Assembly (NCBI GenBank): GCA_002633005.1
Contig: NMRA01000102.1
Location: forward strand, 47,208 to 111,207
From: Phoronis australis
Taxonomy: Eukaryota; Animalia; Phoronida
Length of the DNA stretch: 64,000 nucleotides
Direction: 5' to 3'
The translations under genes and the position numbers were made by a program. The notes beneath the pieces are model-generated. The model was given only the letters and a program-made list of their open reading frames with translations. It had not been told where the DNA came from and did not search any database. Below, one piece after another: positions 24,099 through 37,533 of this stretch; within the stretch, counting starts at the first letter, position 1, and each line of letters starts with the position of its first letter.

Positions 24099-26697
24099 AT
24101 CGAAATATTGGCGCATGTTCGCGAATAGCAGTTTTCCAGTTAGTGTACTACTCCTGGAGTAAAGTAGTTCGGCATGCACTGGGCCATAAGTGATGTTTTA
24201 AAAGTTATTGACATCTAATTTAGTCACTGTGTGTTGTTTATAGATGTTTGAATGTAGCTTAGTTGTATGATAAAATAATAATCCACGTGATATTGTTAAC
24301 TCTGACTAGTGTTTGTAAATCACTAAGTATATCAATACGCACAGTCATTCGTATCTTCAATCATACCCAATTTTTGTAGTTTTTGGCTTAATAGTTCATC
24401 GATTTTTTAAAATCGAAAACCAATTTGGGATGTTTTTTCCATCTGATACAGCTGTGGTATTTGTTTTTAACGAAAATTGTTGGTTGTCAGTATGTACAGG
24501 CGGAGGTGTTTACTGCAGTTTACGGTTGGGTAATTCCACTTAATTGGGTCTTGCTCTCACTGGACAATGCGGTCATCACAACTGAGTCCGACTCTGGCAC
24601 CGCGCTGTCTTTGATCCTGGTAAAAGCCACTCAGAAGGACAAGTGGTGAAAAGTCACGCATATCTTTAGAAATGCGTGACTTTCGTGTAAGCGTATTATT
24701 CCCGTCATGGTAAGATGGGTCCATATCTCACATAAATATATTTAAGCTCTGTGCCTAGCTACTATCAGACAATGTTTTGAGGAAATTGTGGGTAAATTCA
24801 CAACAATATGTTAAAAAGTGAGGAACGGTCAATATCAGCAATTAGTGAGATTGTTAAGTCTGTCTGCCCTGACTGTAATCCTACAAAGGAAACAAAATAT
24901 TTTGCAACAAAATTGAGAGCAACACTGAAACGGGGAAACAAAATATTCTTCCTACCTACATACCCATCTTGGAGAACGTTGGGTTGAGCAAGGGGAAAAA
25001 ACGCGATGTGCTTATCTACCAACTTACCCACACAGCAGTAAACAGGATGTGCTTCACACAGCAGTAAGGGGAACAGGATGTGCTCATCTACCAACTTACC
25101 CACACAGCAGTAAGAGGGATATGAACAGGATGTGCTTCACGCAGCAATAACGGGAATAGTACACAGTATGCCTATCTACCAACTTACCCATAGAGCAGTA
25201 AGGAAAGGAATGATATCTTCAGGATGGCATTCCTGATATCTGCGCTTAGGCTTTTGGGAAAGTTTTTGAAATCATGGATTTAACAGTAATAGTCACTTAC
25301 AAGGGTCCCGCATTTTGAGAACCAGTTTTCTCCACGTAATAACTGGGCATCAGACTGGTTCTAGTCAAAATCCCGGACCCTAATGTCAGTGCTATTGGCG
25401 ATTTAACTTCAAACGACAACTTACGGACAGGCCTTTATGTAATATCAGTGAAGAGATACCTTGATGAGGTTTTCCTTTAAATTTGCTTGTTTGGTAATAA
25501 CTCAGGCAAAGATATATCCTGAAATATATTTTTCAATGCATGTTCCCCTTGACCTCTGGCCCTTCTAGATAGTCCTCAAAGTAAATTATCTAAAGAGGTT
25601 TTCACCAAACATATTCTGGTTCTATCTTGCATTCGTTATGCAATTATTCTTTCTTCAATTTGGCACAATATTTGCCAAAATGGCAATTTTACATTTTGTC
25701 AAAAGTTGATTAAATTCTTTAAATTCTATATTTAAGCTTTTTCTTCATGTGTAATTTTATGCCATGACGATAGTGGTCATTTGCTTATTAAAGAATGGCT
25801 GTTTTTGTTGTGAATTTCACTATTTAAATTCTACTTGTTTTTCAATGTGGTGAACTAAAAGAATATTTAATAATCCACTTATTATTGGGAAACAAACAAT
25901 AATGGCTGAATTATCCAGTAATGTCACTTTGACTCACTCTTGTTTTGTTAATCTAACGGTATATGCTGCATTGGGTTTTAGTTGAACAGATATTGAACCA
26001 ATTTCTAGAATAACAAGTGTGCAATCTCTTTGTTTTGGCATTTAAAGTTGAGTAATCCTTAGATAAACACAAAATGGGTAATTGATTATTGAAAGGGTTC
26101 ATTGGGTGACAATCAACAGTCAGTCACTCCATGTAAAGGAATTCAGTGGCATTTTTATTAGCTGAAAACTGCTCTGAGAATTTGTGAATTTGGAGTTCTA
26201 TGTATGTGTGGAAACTTGCCATAGTGTGCATGGGATAAGGTTGCAATTTGCTCATCATTTTGAGTTGATGCACATTTCATTCCCCCATAGCAACCGTCCG
26301 AGTAACAACGGTTGAACTATACACCACAACCCTAGTGACAACAGTTGGACTGTGATCCGTCTTCCCTGGACCTCTTATAACCTGCTGTATGAAGGTGGAC
26401 AGGATTACTAAAGCGAGGAGGATGTTTGTTTGATATTGACGATATTAATCATTTATAAGTAGTGTGAATTTCCTTTAGTGTTGAAGGATACTGCTCACCA
26501 CTCGTTGGAGGTGGCAGGGTGGCGTTCATCCAATCTGTTACACGTGATTGATGTTGATTAACTCCACTGTTTTACTTGGGCTGGCACTTCACCACAAACT
26601 GTAACTGTTGTGTTATTTCAAGTTCAGTGTGCATTGCCAGGACAAAACCTTGTCAACGAATTTTTATTTGGAGTAACTTGTTGTCATTATTTTCGTC

Positions 26698-26854
26698 ATG
26701 GCGACTGGGAGAAGAAGCATGTCAGTTCAGCTTCCCTCAAAACCTCAGCTGTCCATTGATGTTGCTGGAAATAAGAAAGGAGCGTATTCAATACGCAGAA
26801 GCTCCATGTATCCAGGAACTAACAATGCCAACGACGGCCGTCAATTAATTCTCA
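26698..26854 (+). CDS. MYCBPAP: MYCBPAP candidate alternative exon 1c (MATGRRSMSV...DGRQLIL)
   Basis: Good Kozak context GTCATGG, in-frame upstream TAA at 26674, 52 codons, donor CTCA|GTAGGC in phase 1. Confidence 0.5.
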
Positions 26855-27820
26855 GTAGGCATTTATGGTCATTGTTGTGTGTACTGTTTCAATGAAACAG
26901 CTACAAACCATATCATAGTGTCAAAAGTGAATTTTTGTCATGCTCCTATTTGTCGCCCCAAAGCAGTGTCATAGTATTTTTGTTCTTTTTTAATTGAAAT
27001 TGGTTCCAGTAAACTGTCTGATCTTTCTCCAATGCCAGACATCATTGGTGATGGAAACCAACTCGACGTAGTGTCAATGACAACCTCTCAGTTCTTCTGT
27101 GCTTAGAAATTGTTTCTGATCTTAGTGGGGAATAAGGCAGGCTGATTTTATAATGAAACATGACCTTCATCAAACTTTTTTGACAGATGTTAGAATGGAT
27201 TTATTGCATCTTTGATTGGTTGATATATCTTACAATTGTTATTCTATCTTACTCGTCAGCATTTGGTTAAATTGATTAAAATAGATTTAAACTTTTATAC
27301 ACTGAAAAATTGTGTAACCTACCTTGATTTTTTTTTTGATTTTGAAAAAAAATGAAAACATATTTTTCATTGAAATAATGTTAATTGAGGGTGTTAGAAA
27401 TACCCTCAAAAGAAGAAATGGTTTATTTCAAGTTATTTTTAAACAACATTTCTAAATCAAAATGCATGTACATACGCTATATTGATAAAATACAAATAAT
27501 CAATTTAAGTTTATGGTTAAATATAACCTTTTTAATAAGTGTGTATTTAGCCAACTATTTTCAAAACTTTGTATTTTAACTCAGTAAAGTAAAAGTATGT
27601 TTTCTAAAAGCAGAAATCCTGTAGAATTGATTTTTTGCCAAACATGTGACTATGTCGTTTAAGTTAAATTTAAGAAAAAAGCAATGTAGATTGCGAGCAA
27701 AACAATGGCACCAATAAAATTCTCAAATTTCATTTATTGTAAATATTTGGGATAAATCTCAAAATTATCACTTTGCTTTTATTGTTACGCTCCCGCGATG
27801 TGGGGGAGTTTGAACGGCAA

Positions 27821-27911
27821 GTCAGGATACAGTCAGGATACAATCAGGATACAGTCAGGATACAGTCAGGATACTGTCAGGATACAGTCAGGATACAGTC
27901 AGGATACAGTC
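27821..27911. repeat. 11-bp tandem repeat (GTCAGGATACA), ~8 copies
   Basis: Direct periodicity. Confidence 0.92.
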
Positions 27912-27940
27912 GTTAGGCAGTGTTAGCAAGGGAAGAGGGT

Positions 27941-28043
27941 AATGGTCTGATATAACGTGCCCGAATTTTGAGAACCAGTTTCCCCACTCAGTAACAGGCA
28001 TCAAACTGGTTCTCAAAATGCGTGCATGTTATATCAGACTATT
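27941..28043. mobile_element. Short palindromic MITE-like repeat
   Basis: Arms AATGGTCTGATATAACGTGC..ATTTTGAGAACCAGTTT / AAACTGGTTCTCAAAAT..GCATGTTATATCAGACTATT. A related copy lies at ~25286-25397. Confidence 0.7.
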
Positions 28044-28847
28044 GCCAAGGAAGAAAGTTAGCAAATAAGTGTTTACATAGTCCAGCTCTCTCATTGCTTG
28101 CGTTCATCTATTAGCTCACGTAATCCAGGAATTATGTTGTAAATAGCACTTCCAATATTAATCGATATTTAGAAATACTATTTCCAAATGATGTTCAACA
28201 AATCAAAAGTCATAAAGAAGATTTGTTTTTTATGAAATACTGTCACCAAAAAACTTCAAACGGAGTAAAACTGTTGACTTTCAGAGAAATTAGACTTTCC
28301 TTTCAATTGCTGATTCCTTTGTGTGACTGTAAGCTCTGACCGGCTTACCACCACAGCATTGTGTACCAAACCAATAGGCTTGTTTATCAAGTTTAATTGA
28401 ATGTGATTCTAGATCAGATCATGATGTTCCAAGTCTCTTTGTTTTAACAGTCCAGGGGAATGGTACCTATTGATTTGTGCCATTTATTTTTTTTCATGAA
28501 AATCGTAAAACGTTTATTTTTAAGGCCCATCATGCAAAACTGGAAAATTATAAAAACCATTCCTAGCTACATTTTGGGGATTTAGCATCTGAAAGTTTTT
28601 ATGAATCTTAATCAGCCGTTTGTGGAATGCGATGTTCTGAAGTTAGCCAAATTTGAACATTTTTAGGGTCCTTAAGAATTGGTTTAAAGCAAGGCATTTT
28701 TTAATTTTACGTTATTGTAAAACCATTGCGATAAGGTTTTATGGTTTAATACAATGATACTTTACAGATGTATTAGCAGCAATAGGACATTTGTGATTTT
28801 AAGTAAGTTTGAAGAGTTAGACCACCATGTACTAGCAACGATGCCAA

Positions 28848-29742
28848 TTGTGACCACTGTCTGTCTTACAATACAACTTGTACCTTGTACAATGTCAGTT
28901 GTGACCACTGTCTGTCTTACAATACAACTTGTACTTGGTACAATATCAGTGTGACCACTGTCTGTCTTACAGTACAACTTGTACCTTGTACAATGTCAGT
29001 TGTGACCACTGTCTGTCTTACAATACAACTTGTACTTGGTACAATATCAGTGTGACCACTGTCTGTCTTACAGTACAACTTGTACCTTGTACAATGTCAG
29101 TTGTGACCACTGTCTGTCTTACAATACAACTTGTACCTGGTACAATGTCAGTTGTGACCACTGTCTGTCTTACAATACAACTTGTACCTTGTACAATGTC
29201 AGTTGTGACCACTGTCTGTCTTACAATACAACTTGTACCTGGTACAATGTCAGTTGTGACCATTGTCTGTCTTACAATACAACTTGCATCAGGTACAATG
29301 TCACTCACTTGTGACCACTGTCTGTTTTACAATACAACTTGTACCTTGTACAATGTCAGTTGTGACCACTGTCTGTCTTACAATACAACTTGCATGAGGT
29401 ACAATGTCACTCACTTGTGACCACTGTCTGTTTTACAATACAACTTGTACCTTGTACGATGTCAGTTGTGACCACTGTCTGTCTTACAATACAACTTGCA
29501 CCTGGTACAATGTCAGTTGTGACCATTGTTTGTCTTACAATACAACTTGTATCAGGTACAATGTCACTTGTGACCACTGTCTGTTTTACAATACAACTTG
29601 TACCTGGTACAATGTCAGTTGTGACCACTGTCTGTTTTACAGTACAACTTGTATCAGGTACAATGTCAGTTGTGACCACTGGTCCATCTTACAGAACAAC
29701 TTGTACCTGGTACGATGTCAGTTGTGCCTACTGTCCATCTTA
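28848..29742. repeat. 51-bp minisatellite, ~17 copies
   Basis: Unit GTGACCACTGTCTGTCTTACAATACAACTTGTACCTTGTACAATGTCAGTT. Confidence 0.96.
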
Positions 29743-31554
29743 CAGTTTACTGACAGTTAAGTCAAAGGGTCAGAGCTAAGTTCATAAAATTGCAGTGGAT
29801 AGGGGCAATTTTGGGCATTTAACCAAACACTTAGACAGTCAAACCTACTGAACACATTGGATCATCAAAGTCAAGTGTTTACTTAACTCCAAGTTTATCA
29901 CACAATATGTATCACAAAGCTTGCTACCGTACATGCGTTTGTTTGAATGTTCTTTATTCTTGGTGGCTGGAAATGTAGAGATATTTCACATGCTGCAACT
30001 GAACCACTTTCCACAGTCCATCGTATATGAGTTGACTCCCTCCATCCACAAGTCAGTGACATCATCACCTATGAGTCTATAGTGTGACATCATAGTGATG
30101 TCATTCATAGTGATGTCATGCTACAGTGTGACATTACTGTGTTAATCCTGGCTGAGGGGTTGATTTTAGTGAACTGTAAAGATGCATCTTGGAGCAGCAC
30201 ATTTGGATCCTGAGAGAGTTGGTTACACCATATTTATGGATTTACCGTAGTATAGTTAATGAATTAAATTTAGTTAGCTGTCTCAGCATACATAGTTCTG
30301 TGTTTGCAGTCCAGCAGTCTTAGCTATTTGCTATCAGAATTTTGATGTGTCTTTTACTGTTATGTTTGTGCCCATTTGTTATATAGGGTAAGGAATGATT
30401 TGTCTTCAGATGCCGTTCTTTACGAAAGTGATCAAAAGCATGGCACCAGTGTCTGCCTTTGAACATGATGACAGACTCCTTCCAATAGGTCTGTTACCTT
30501 TGAACATGATGACAGACTCCCTCCTATAGGAAACATTTTCTTTGGCTTCCAAGAGCTCAAAAGTGTCTTTGGCTTGGTCTAATTTGTAATTCTGGTGTAC
30601 AAGGGTGGCTGAGATGACTGGGACACAATTTCTTTCATTCACGGATATTTTGAGACATTGGATTTTCTGAATGAATGTCCCACCACTCAACAATGGCAAT
30701 TGTGTGGCTTGATGGCCTTAAAGACTTTCTGAAAAACGTGGAACTATCCCTGTGCATTGAATCTATACAAAAATGCAGAGTGCAGTCCACCATTACTACC
30801 CTTACAAAGTTTATTTCATCATGTTGTCACTATATCAGAACAGTTATGGGAGCAACAAAGCTTTTCAGTATTCATGAATGCTTAGGGACACCGAACAAAT
30901 GAACAAACGTTTGTGGATTTTGTGAAATTTCTGGGATTTTGAAGTGCGTGGAAATGTTGTACTGACCTACTTTTAATCAGTTTTTAATTAAATAATGGAT
31001 CTAGATTTGAATGACTTGTTATGTATACTAGTTTCTCGACTTCAGGCTACTTCTGTGCTCAAACACAGGCGAAGCAGAAGGGGTTCAGAGTCTAAATCTA
31101 ACCACAGTGAGTTATGGATTATTGTCAATAAATGTTGATGAAATAGTGTTGTAGCATATCTTTGTGTTTACTAGGCAACACGTAGCTCATCGGCTGCTAT
31201 ACAGTGTCTACAACACACCCCATCACTTTCTGTACTTTTTTCATACTGTTTATTTTAAACGGACGGTAGCTATATACGGTCACTGGTCTAAAGTGCATAT
31301 TACACTTAAAATTATCACTTAAAAGGTGCTTACTTTATTCAGTGATCCTTTCTGATTCTCTCCATTGAATGAAGCATGTCTACATTTTATTCGGTGTGTT
31401 TTGAAATGAGTAACTTTTTGCATAGGTGTACTGTCGCCCCTGTATGTTTACCGCATTACAGAGTGATGTAATTGCCTATTTGTTAACTTGCAGCTGAACA
31501 GTTTTATTAGAACAATTATTGTGTTTTATTTTGAATGCCTTGTGCTTGGCAATG

Positions 31555-31871
31555 AACAGCTGATGTGAATACTGTGCACAAAAAAAGACCTGTCTGTATG
31601 TAACAATTAACAGCTGATGTGAACACCGTATGTAAAACAAGACCTGTTTGTATGTAACAACAGCTGATGTGAATACTGTGCACGAAACAAGACCTGTGTG
31701 TATATAACGGTACAACTGATGTGAATGTTGTGCGTAAAACAAGACCTGTCTATATGTAACAACAGCTGATGTGAATACTGTGTGCAAAACAAGACCTGTG
31801 TGTATATAACGGTACAACTGATGTGAATGTTGTGCGTAAAACAAGACCTGTCTATATGTAACAACAGCTGA
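31555..31871. repeat. ~50-bp minisatellite, ~6 copies
   Basis: Unit approximately AACAGCTGATGTGAATACTGTGCACAAAACAAGACCTGTCTATATGTAAC. Confidence 0.9.
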
Positions 31872-32468
31872 TAATTACTTCTGCCTTCATCAGGTTTGCA
31901 GCCACACAGCAAATATAAGTGGTGTAAGTTACCCTAGAACAAGTTGCTCTCCTCCATAATGTGGAGTAAGTTGTCACAAGTGGGGCAAGTTGCACTAGTT
32001 TAAATAGCATCCACACAACCCCTAAACCTAGCAATTAACAACTTGTTCCAGGAGTAACTTGTTCTAGAGTAATTCTGTGTGTGGACGGCACATAAGGTGT
32101 TTAAACACTCACTATAAATATGGATGTTTAGTGATCATTGGTAAAGCGTCCGTGATAACTGCTTTCTCAAAAACATGTCAGAGAGTAGACTCTGCTATAT
32201 TGTAGAGTTATTTTTGTTACTATCAATGTTCAGAAGAATCGTGAAAGTCCTATTTTTGATTGCCTCTGATATAGAAGTGGAACAATATGAAAACAATTGT
32301 TAACAAAACTTAGGAGAAATACCCACAAACCTTGGTATTTGAAAGTTTTTTATGAATCGGATCAGCAGTTTCTGAGATACAATTTTCTGAAGTTTGCCAG
32401 ATTTGAACATTTTCATAGGGTCCTACGCAACATTGGGTTCGTTGACAACTGGGTGATGCTTAAAGCCA

Positions 32469-33003
32469 GATGTAGTGTTATATGTCATCTAAGATGTAGT
32501 GTTATGTATCATTTAAGATGTAGTGTTATGTGTCATCTAAGATGTAGTGTAAAATGTCATCTAAGTAGTGTTATATGTCATCTAAGAAGTAGTGTTATTT
32601 GTCATCTAAGAAGTAGTGTTATTTGTCATCTAAGAAGTAGTGTTATGTGTCATCTAAAATGTAGTGTTATGTGTCACCTAAGTAGTATTATATGTCATCT
32701 AAGTAGTGGTGTATGTCATCTTAGATGTAGTGTTATATGTCATCTAAGTAGTGTTATATGTCATCTAAGTAGTGTTATATGTCATCTAAGATGTAGTGTT
32801 GTATGTCATCTAAGATGTAGTGTTATATGTCATCTAAGATGTAGTGTTGTATGTCATCAAAGATGTAGTGTTATATGTCATCTAAGATGTAGTGTTGTAT
32901 GTCATCTAAGATGTAGTGTTATATGTCATCTAAGTAGTGTTATATGTCATCTAAGTAGTGTTATATGTCATCTAAGTAGTGTTATATGTCATCTTAGATG
33001 TAG
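32469..33003. repeat. 24/21-bp minisatellite, ~23 copies
   Basis: Unit AGATGTAGTGTTATATGTCATCTA and a variant 3 bp shorter. Confidence 0.95.
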
Positions 33004-33553
33004 AGGAATGTTTTGTCTTTCTTGGTGTTGTTTTTTATCAATATGCATAAGCTAATCCTCACTGTAAAAGGTATTTACTGTAAAAGGTATTTTGAACCTT
33101 TTTAGTTGATTTTTATGAAAATGAAAATAATTCTTGAGGTTGGATGTGTGGCACAGTGACCAAGTTAGCTGGAAATGTGGGCTAGTCTCAGTGAACTACG
33201 TTCCTTTGCTTTAGCATGCTATTAATTGTGTTCAATGACAGAGACACACTACTTCATAATTTGCTATGAACAATGATACCAGAATCAAGTAATAAAACCG
33301 ATTACAATTCAGCCAATAAGGTATGCTATTTACATTATACAACTCTCTGACACTGTCATAGTTCTGATTTGAAGAATTTTTAATTTACGTAATTTCTTTA
33401 GAAATACATTAAAAAGGTAATACCTTTTATAATATGGTTATTTGACTACAAAACAACTTGGAAAGAGGTTCCCCTTTACAGTTCTGTTCCCTAGCGATTT
33501 AATCACATGGCCATGCTTTGACTGCACTTATTCACTGAATGTTTTACTTGTAG

Positions 33554-33705
33554 ACAAGTTAAAGAAGAAGAGAGATGGTACTCCAGACAAACCATTGACC
33601 CCGAGTGTAGAGGCTGCTGAAGATGAACAGAGGCCATCCTCACGTCAAGTGCTGATGAATGAGGAAATCGCTAGTCTGGCCATCAAGGATGAGGATTTGC
33701 AGAGG
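33554..33705 (+). CDS. MYCBPAP: MYCBPAP exon (KLKKKRDGTPDK...AIKDEDLQR)
   Basis: TTTACTTGTAG acceptor, AGG|GTACAT donor, phase 1 to 0. Confidence 0.88.
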
Positions 33706-34234
33706 GTACATTATCACGTGAAGATTTGGTAGTTTTAGTTACTCAATAGATGGCACTTCTGGCATAGTGCCAAGTCGTCTTAAATGATGCATGAGATTGC
33801 TAGCCAGGCGACCAATTATGGAAACTTGCAAAAGTTTCTGTGAAGTGCATAGGTTTGAAATTCATTGGTTCAGATGGCACTGTCGTTCATTTGGATAATG
33901 AATTGATAATCGTAATTACTGCGAGTCATTCTTATAATATTTGCATCAGTATTTATCTCGCAGAATAAACTCTTTAACATCCAAGTGTCCTGCTATGAGA
34001 CCGTAATATTTTTTTTATGGTTTACTTCCATGTTCTAAGAATTGGAGGTTGTATGTGTTGACTGTCCTGAAACTATAAACATGTGACATGTTGTGGTTTG
34101 GCATCAGCTACACATTGTGTGGATAGATTGATATACTGCGGGTCATGTTCATCTACTTCATGTGTAAAGGGGGTTCTCTTTAATATAAGTTGCTCATAAC
34201 TTGATCCTGATTCGTTACCTGGTTTTAATTCCAG

Positions 34235-34344
34235 CTGCGAGAGCCCCATCCTCCGCCAGAGCGGAAGAAGACACCAGCCACTCGACCAGTGATGATCAAA
34301 AAGGTACCGCCGCCCTCGGAACTGGACAAACCTACGCCAAGATT
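34235..34344 (+). CDS. MYCBPAP: MYCBPAP exon (LREPHPPPERKK...DKPTPR)
   Basis: TTTTAATTCCAG acceptor, GTAAGT donor, phase 0 to 2. Confidence 0.88.
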
Positions 34345-34353
34345 GTAAGTAGA

Positions 34354-36403
34354 GATCTTGGTCACTCGTGAGATGATCGGTATCTTGGTCACTAGTTAGA
34401 TGATCAATATCTTGTTCACTAGTTAGATGATCAATATCTTGTTCACTAGTTAGATGATCAATATCTTGTTCACTAGTTAGATGATCAATATCTTGTTCAC
34501 TAGTTAGATGATCAATGTCTTGTTCACTAGTTAGATGATCAATGTCTTGTTCACTAGTTAGATGATCAATGTCTTGTTCACTAGTTAGATGATCAATGTC
34601 TTGTTCACTAGTTAGATGATCAATGTCTTGTTCACTAGTTAGATGATCAATGTCTTGTTCACTAGTTAGATGATCAATGTCTTGTTCACTAGTTAGATGA
34701 TCAATGTCTTGTTCACTAGTTAGATGATCAATGTCTTGTTCACTAGTTAGATGATCAATGTCTTGTTCACTAGTTAGATGATCAATGTCTTGTTCACTAG
34801 TTAGATGATCAATGTCTTGTTCACTAGTTAGATGATCAATGTCTTGTTCACTAGTTAGATGATCAATGTCTTGTTCACTAGTTAGATGATCAATGTCTTG
34901 TTCACTAGTTAGATGATCAATGTCTTGTTCACTAGTTAGATGATCAATGTCTTGTTCACTAGTTAGATGATCAATGTCTTGTTCACTAGTTAGATGATCA
35001 ATGTCTTGTTCACTAGTTAGATGATCAATGTCTTGTTCACTAGTTAGATGATCAATGTCTTGTTCACTAGTTAGATGATCAATGTCTTGTTCACTAGTTA
35101 GATGATCAATGTCTTGTTCACTAGTTAGATGATCAATGTCTTGTTCACTAGTTAGATGATCAATGTCTTGTTCACTAGTTAGATGATCAATGTCTTGTTC
35201 ACTAGTTAGATGATCAATGTCTTGTTCACTAGTTAGATGATCAATGTCTTGTTCACTAGTTAGATGATCAATGTCTTGTTCACTAGTTAGATGATCAATG
35301 TCTTGTTCACTAGTTAGATGATCAATGTCTTGTTCACTAGTTAGATGATCAATGTCTTGTTCACTAGTTAGATGATCAATGTCTTGTTCACTAGTTAGAT
35401 GATCAATGTCTTGTTCACTAGTTAGATGATCAATGTCTTGTTCACTAGTTAGATGATCAATGTCTTGTTCACTAGTTAGATGATCAATGTCTTGTTCACT
35501 AGTTAGATGATCAATGTCTTGTTCACTAGTTAGATGATCAATGTCTTGTTCACTAGTTAGATGATCAATGTCTTGTTCACTAGTTAGATGATCAATGTCT
35601 TGTTCACTAGTTAGATGATCAATGTCTTGTTCACTAGTTAGATGATCAATGTCTTGTTCACTAGTTAGATGATCAATGTCTTGTTCACTAGTTAGATGAT
35701 CAATGTCTTGTTCACTAGTTAGATGATCAATGTCTTGTTCACTAGTTAGATGATCAATGTCTTGTTCACTAGTTAGATGATCAATGTCTTGTTCACTAGT
35801 TAGATGATCAATGTCTTGTTCACTAGTTAGATGATCAATGTCTTGTTCACTAGTTAGATGATCAATGTCTTGTTCACTAGTTAGATGATCAATGTCTTGT
35901 TCACTAGTTAGATGATCAATGTCTTGTTCACTAGTTAGATGATCAATGTCTTGTTCACTAGTTAGATGATCAATGTCTTGTTCACTAGTTAGATGATCAA
36001 TGTCTTGTTCACTAGTTAGATGATCAATGTCTTGTTCACTAGTTAGATGATCAATGTCTTGTTCACTAGTTAGATGATCAATGTCTTGTTCACTAGTTAG
36101 ATGATCAATGTCTTGTTCACTAGTTAGATGATCAATGTCTTGTTCACTAGTTAGATGATCAATGTCTTGTTCACTAGTTAGATGATCAATGTCTTGTTCA
36201 CTAGTTAGATGATCAATGTCTTGTTCACTAGTTAGATGATCAATGTCTTGTTCACTAGTTAGATGATCAATGTCTTGTTCACTAGTTAGATGATCAATGT
36301 CTTGTTCACTAGTTAGATGATCAATGTCTTGTTCACTAGTTAGATGATCAATGTCTTGTTCACTAGTTAGATGATCAATGTCTTGTTCACTAGTTAGATG
36401 ATC
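34354..36403. repeat. 27-bp highly homogeneous satellite, ~76 copies, ending at a contig join
   Basis: Unit TCTTGTTCACTAGTTAGATGATCAATG; only the first few units vary; N at 36404. Confidence 0.98.
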
Positions 36404-36404
36404 N

Positions 36405-36524
36405 CCCCCCCCCCCGATTTCTTGAAATTTCACGTTTAAGCGCCCATGTCTGGTTAACCGCCCACCCCCGATTTTTTGGGTTCGCCAATTTAACCGCCCA
36501 GGGCGTTAACCCGAACAATTACGG
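36405..36524. mobile_element. Right end of a CCGTA-type TIR element
   Basis: Ends GGGCGTTAACCCGAACAATTACGG|TA with AACCGCCCA subrepeats like those of 60548-63662. Confidence 0.65.
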
Positions 36525-36827
36525 TATGTACACATTTGCATAAAGAAAAATACAGGAAGTCATCCAGATGTGTGGCATACCTATTGTAATTTCTAGGGAA
36601 TGTACTTGTTTCATCTTATACAATAAATTTGTGAAAAAAGCTTTTGTGCCACATGTGATTCATTCAAACTCAGTACACTCAGGTATTACTTGGTAAATGC
36701 AGAAAAGTAACAGTGTCATCAGATCAGGGTATTGGTGTAGTGTACTAACATGTGTAAGATCCCTTGCAACCCGGTGCCTTGAGACTGTCACAGCCATATA
36801 GTTATTAAAATTTGGCTTTGTTCTCAG

Positions 36828-36999
36828 GAGGATTTTGAGATACCCAAGGAGTATCGAGTGGCGACTCCTACTGTCAAGTATGAGAAAAAGAAGAAGCCAG
36901 CTGTCCACCCCAAGATGGCAAGCGTTGATGAAAACAACGCCCTCACCAACTGGCAGGAGAAAATGCTGGACAGGAAACGACAGCAGGGCTACATCTCTA
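36828..36999 (+). CDS. MYCBPAP: MYCBPAP exon (EDFEIPKEY...NALTNWQEKMLDRKRQQGYIS)
   Basis: TTTGTTCTCAG acceptor, GTAAGT donor, phase 0 to 1. The NWQ...RK.QQ motif is as in vertebrate MYCBPAP. Confidence 0.93.
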
Positions 37000-37533
37000 G
37001 TAAGTGAATGTTGATGTGATTGGCCATGTTGCCTATGATTGAGGGAATATTGGATTATAGTTAACAAACTCACCTTTTTGTCTTGTGGACTATATATATG
37101 ACGTATACAGATTCTTTCCATGAAAGTCTCTGGATATTGGTATTAGCTTCTTACTCACTACCCATAATACGGAGTTAGCCAATACTTCCTTAGACTGGTT
37201 TATACCTGTTTCAAGCAATCTTTCTACTGCTGTCATGTAGTAAAAATGTTGAGAACAAGTTGTTGGAGTTATCAGCCCATTTAGTTATTCAGCCCAGATT
37301 GTCTTGCAACCATCTGATTTAAACAAATTAGCAGTTGGATTTTTTGTATTTGTTTTGCCTCTTTGTTGTGCACGAGAAGGAAATCGCTCTTAAAGGTCTG
37401 GATGTTAGAATCCACTTGTATTGGCCGAAACTGATTTGTTGAGTTGGATTCAGGAATCTGTTTTCAAGAAAGTGACTTAGGACACAAGACAAGATTTAGT
37501 GTTACGCTTCCACTTCACAATTGCTGAAAAATG

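Noticed and set aside
30405-30900. Possible old LINE RT remnant on the minus strand
   Set aside because: Only faint motif traces (GNRPIG, FDHFRK); too decayed to call without a search.
28754-33055. Cys/His-rich repetitive ORFs resembling zinc fingers or heme-binding CxxCH repeats
   Set aside because: These are translations of 51-bp and 24/21-bp minisatellites, open in several frames, with no splice or start context.
34073-36433. 786-aa (DHLTSEQDI)n protein on the minus strand
   Set aside because: A 27-bp satellite without synonymous variation; the start lies across an N in a transposon end and the ORF overlaps a real exon antisense.
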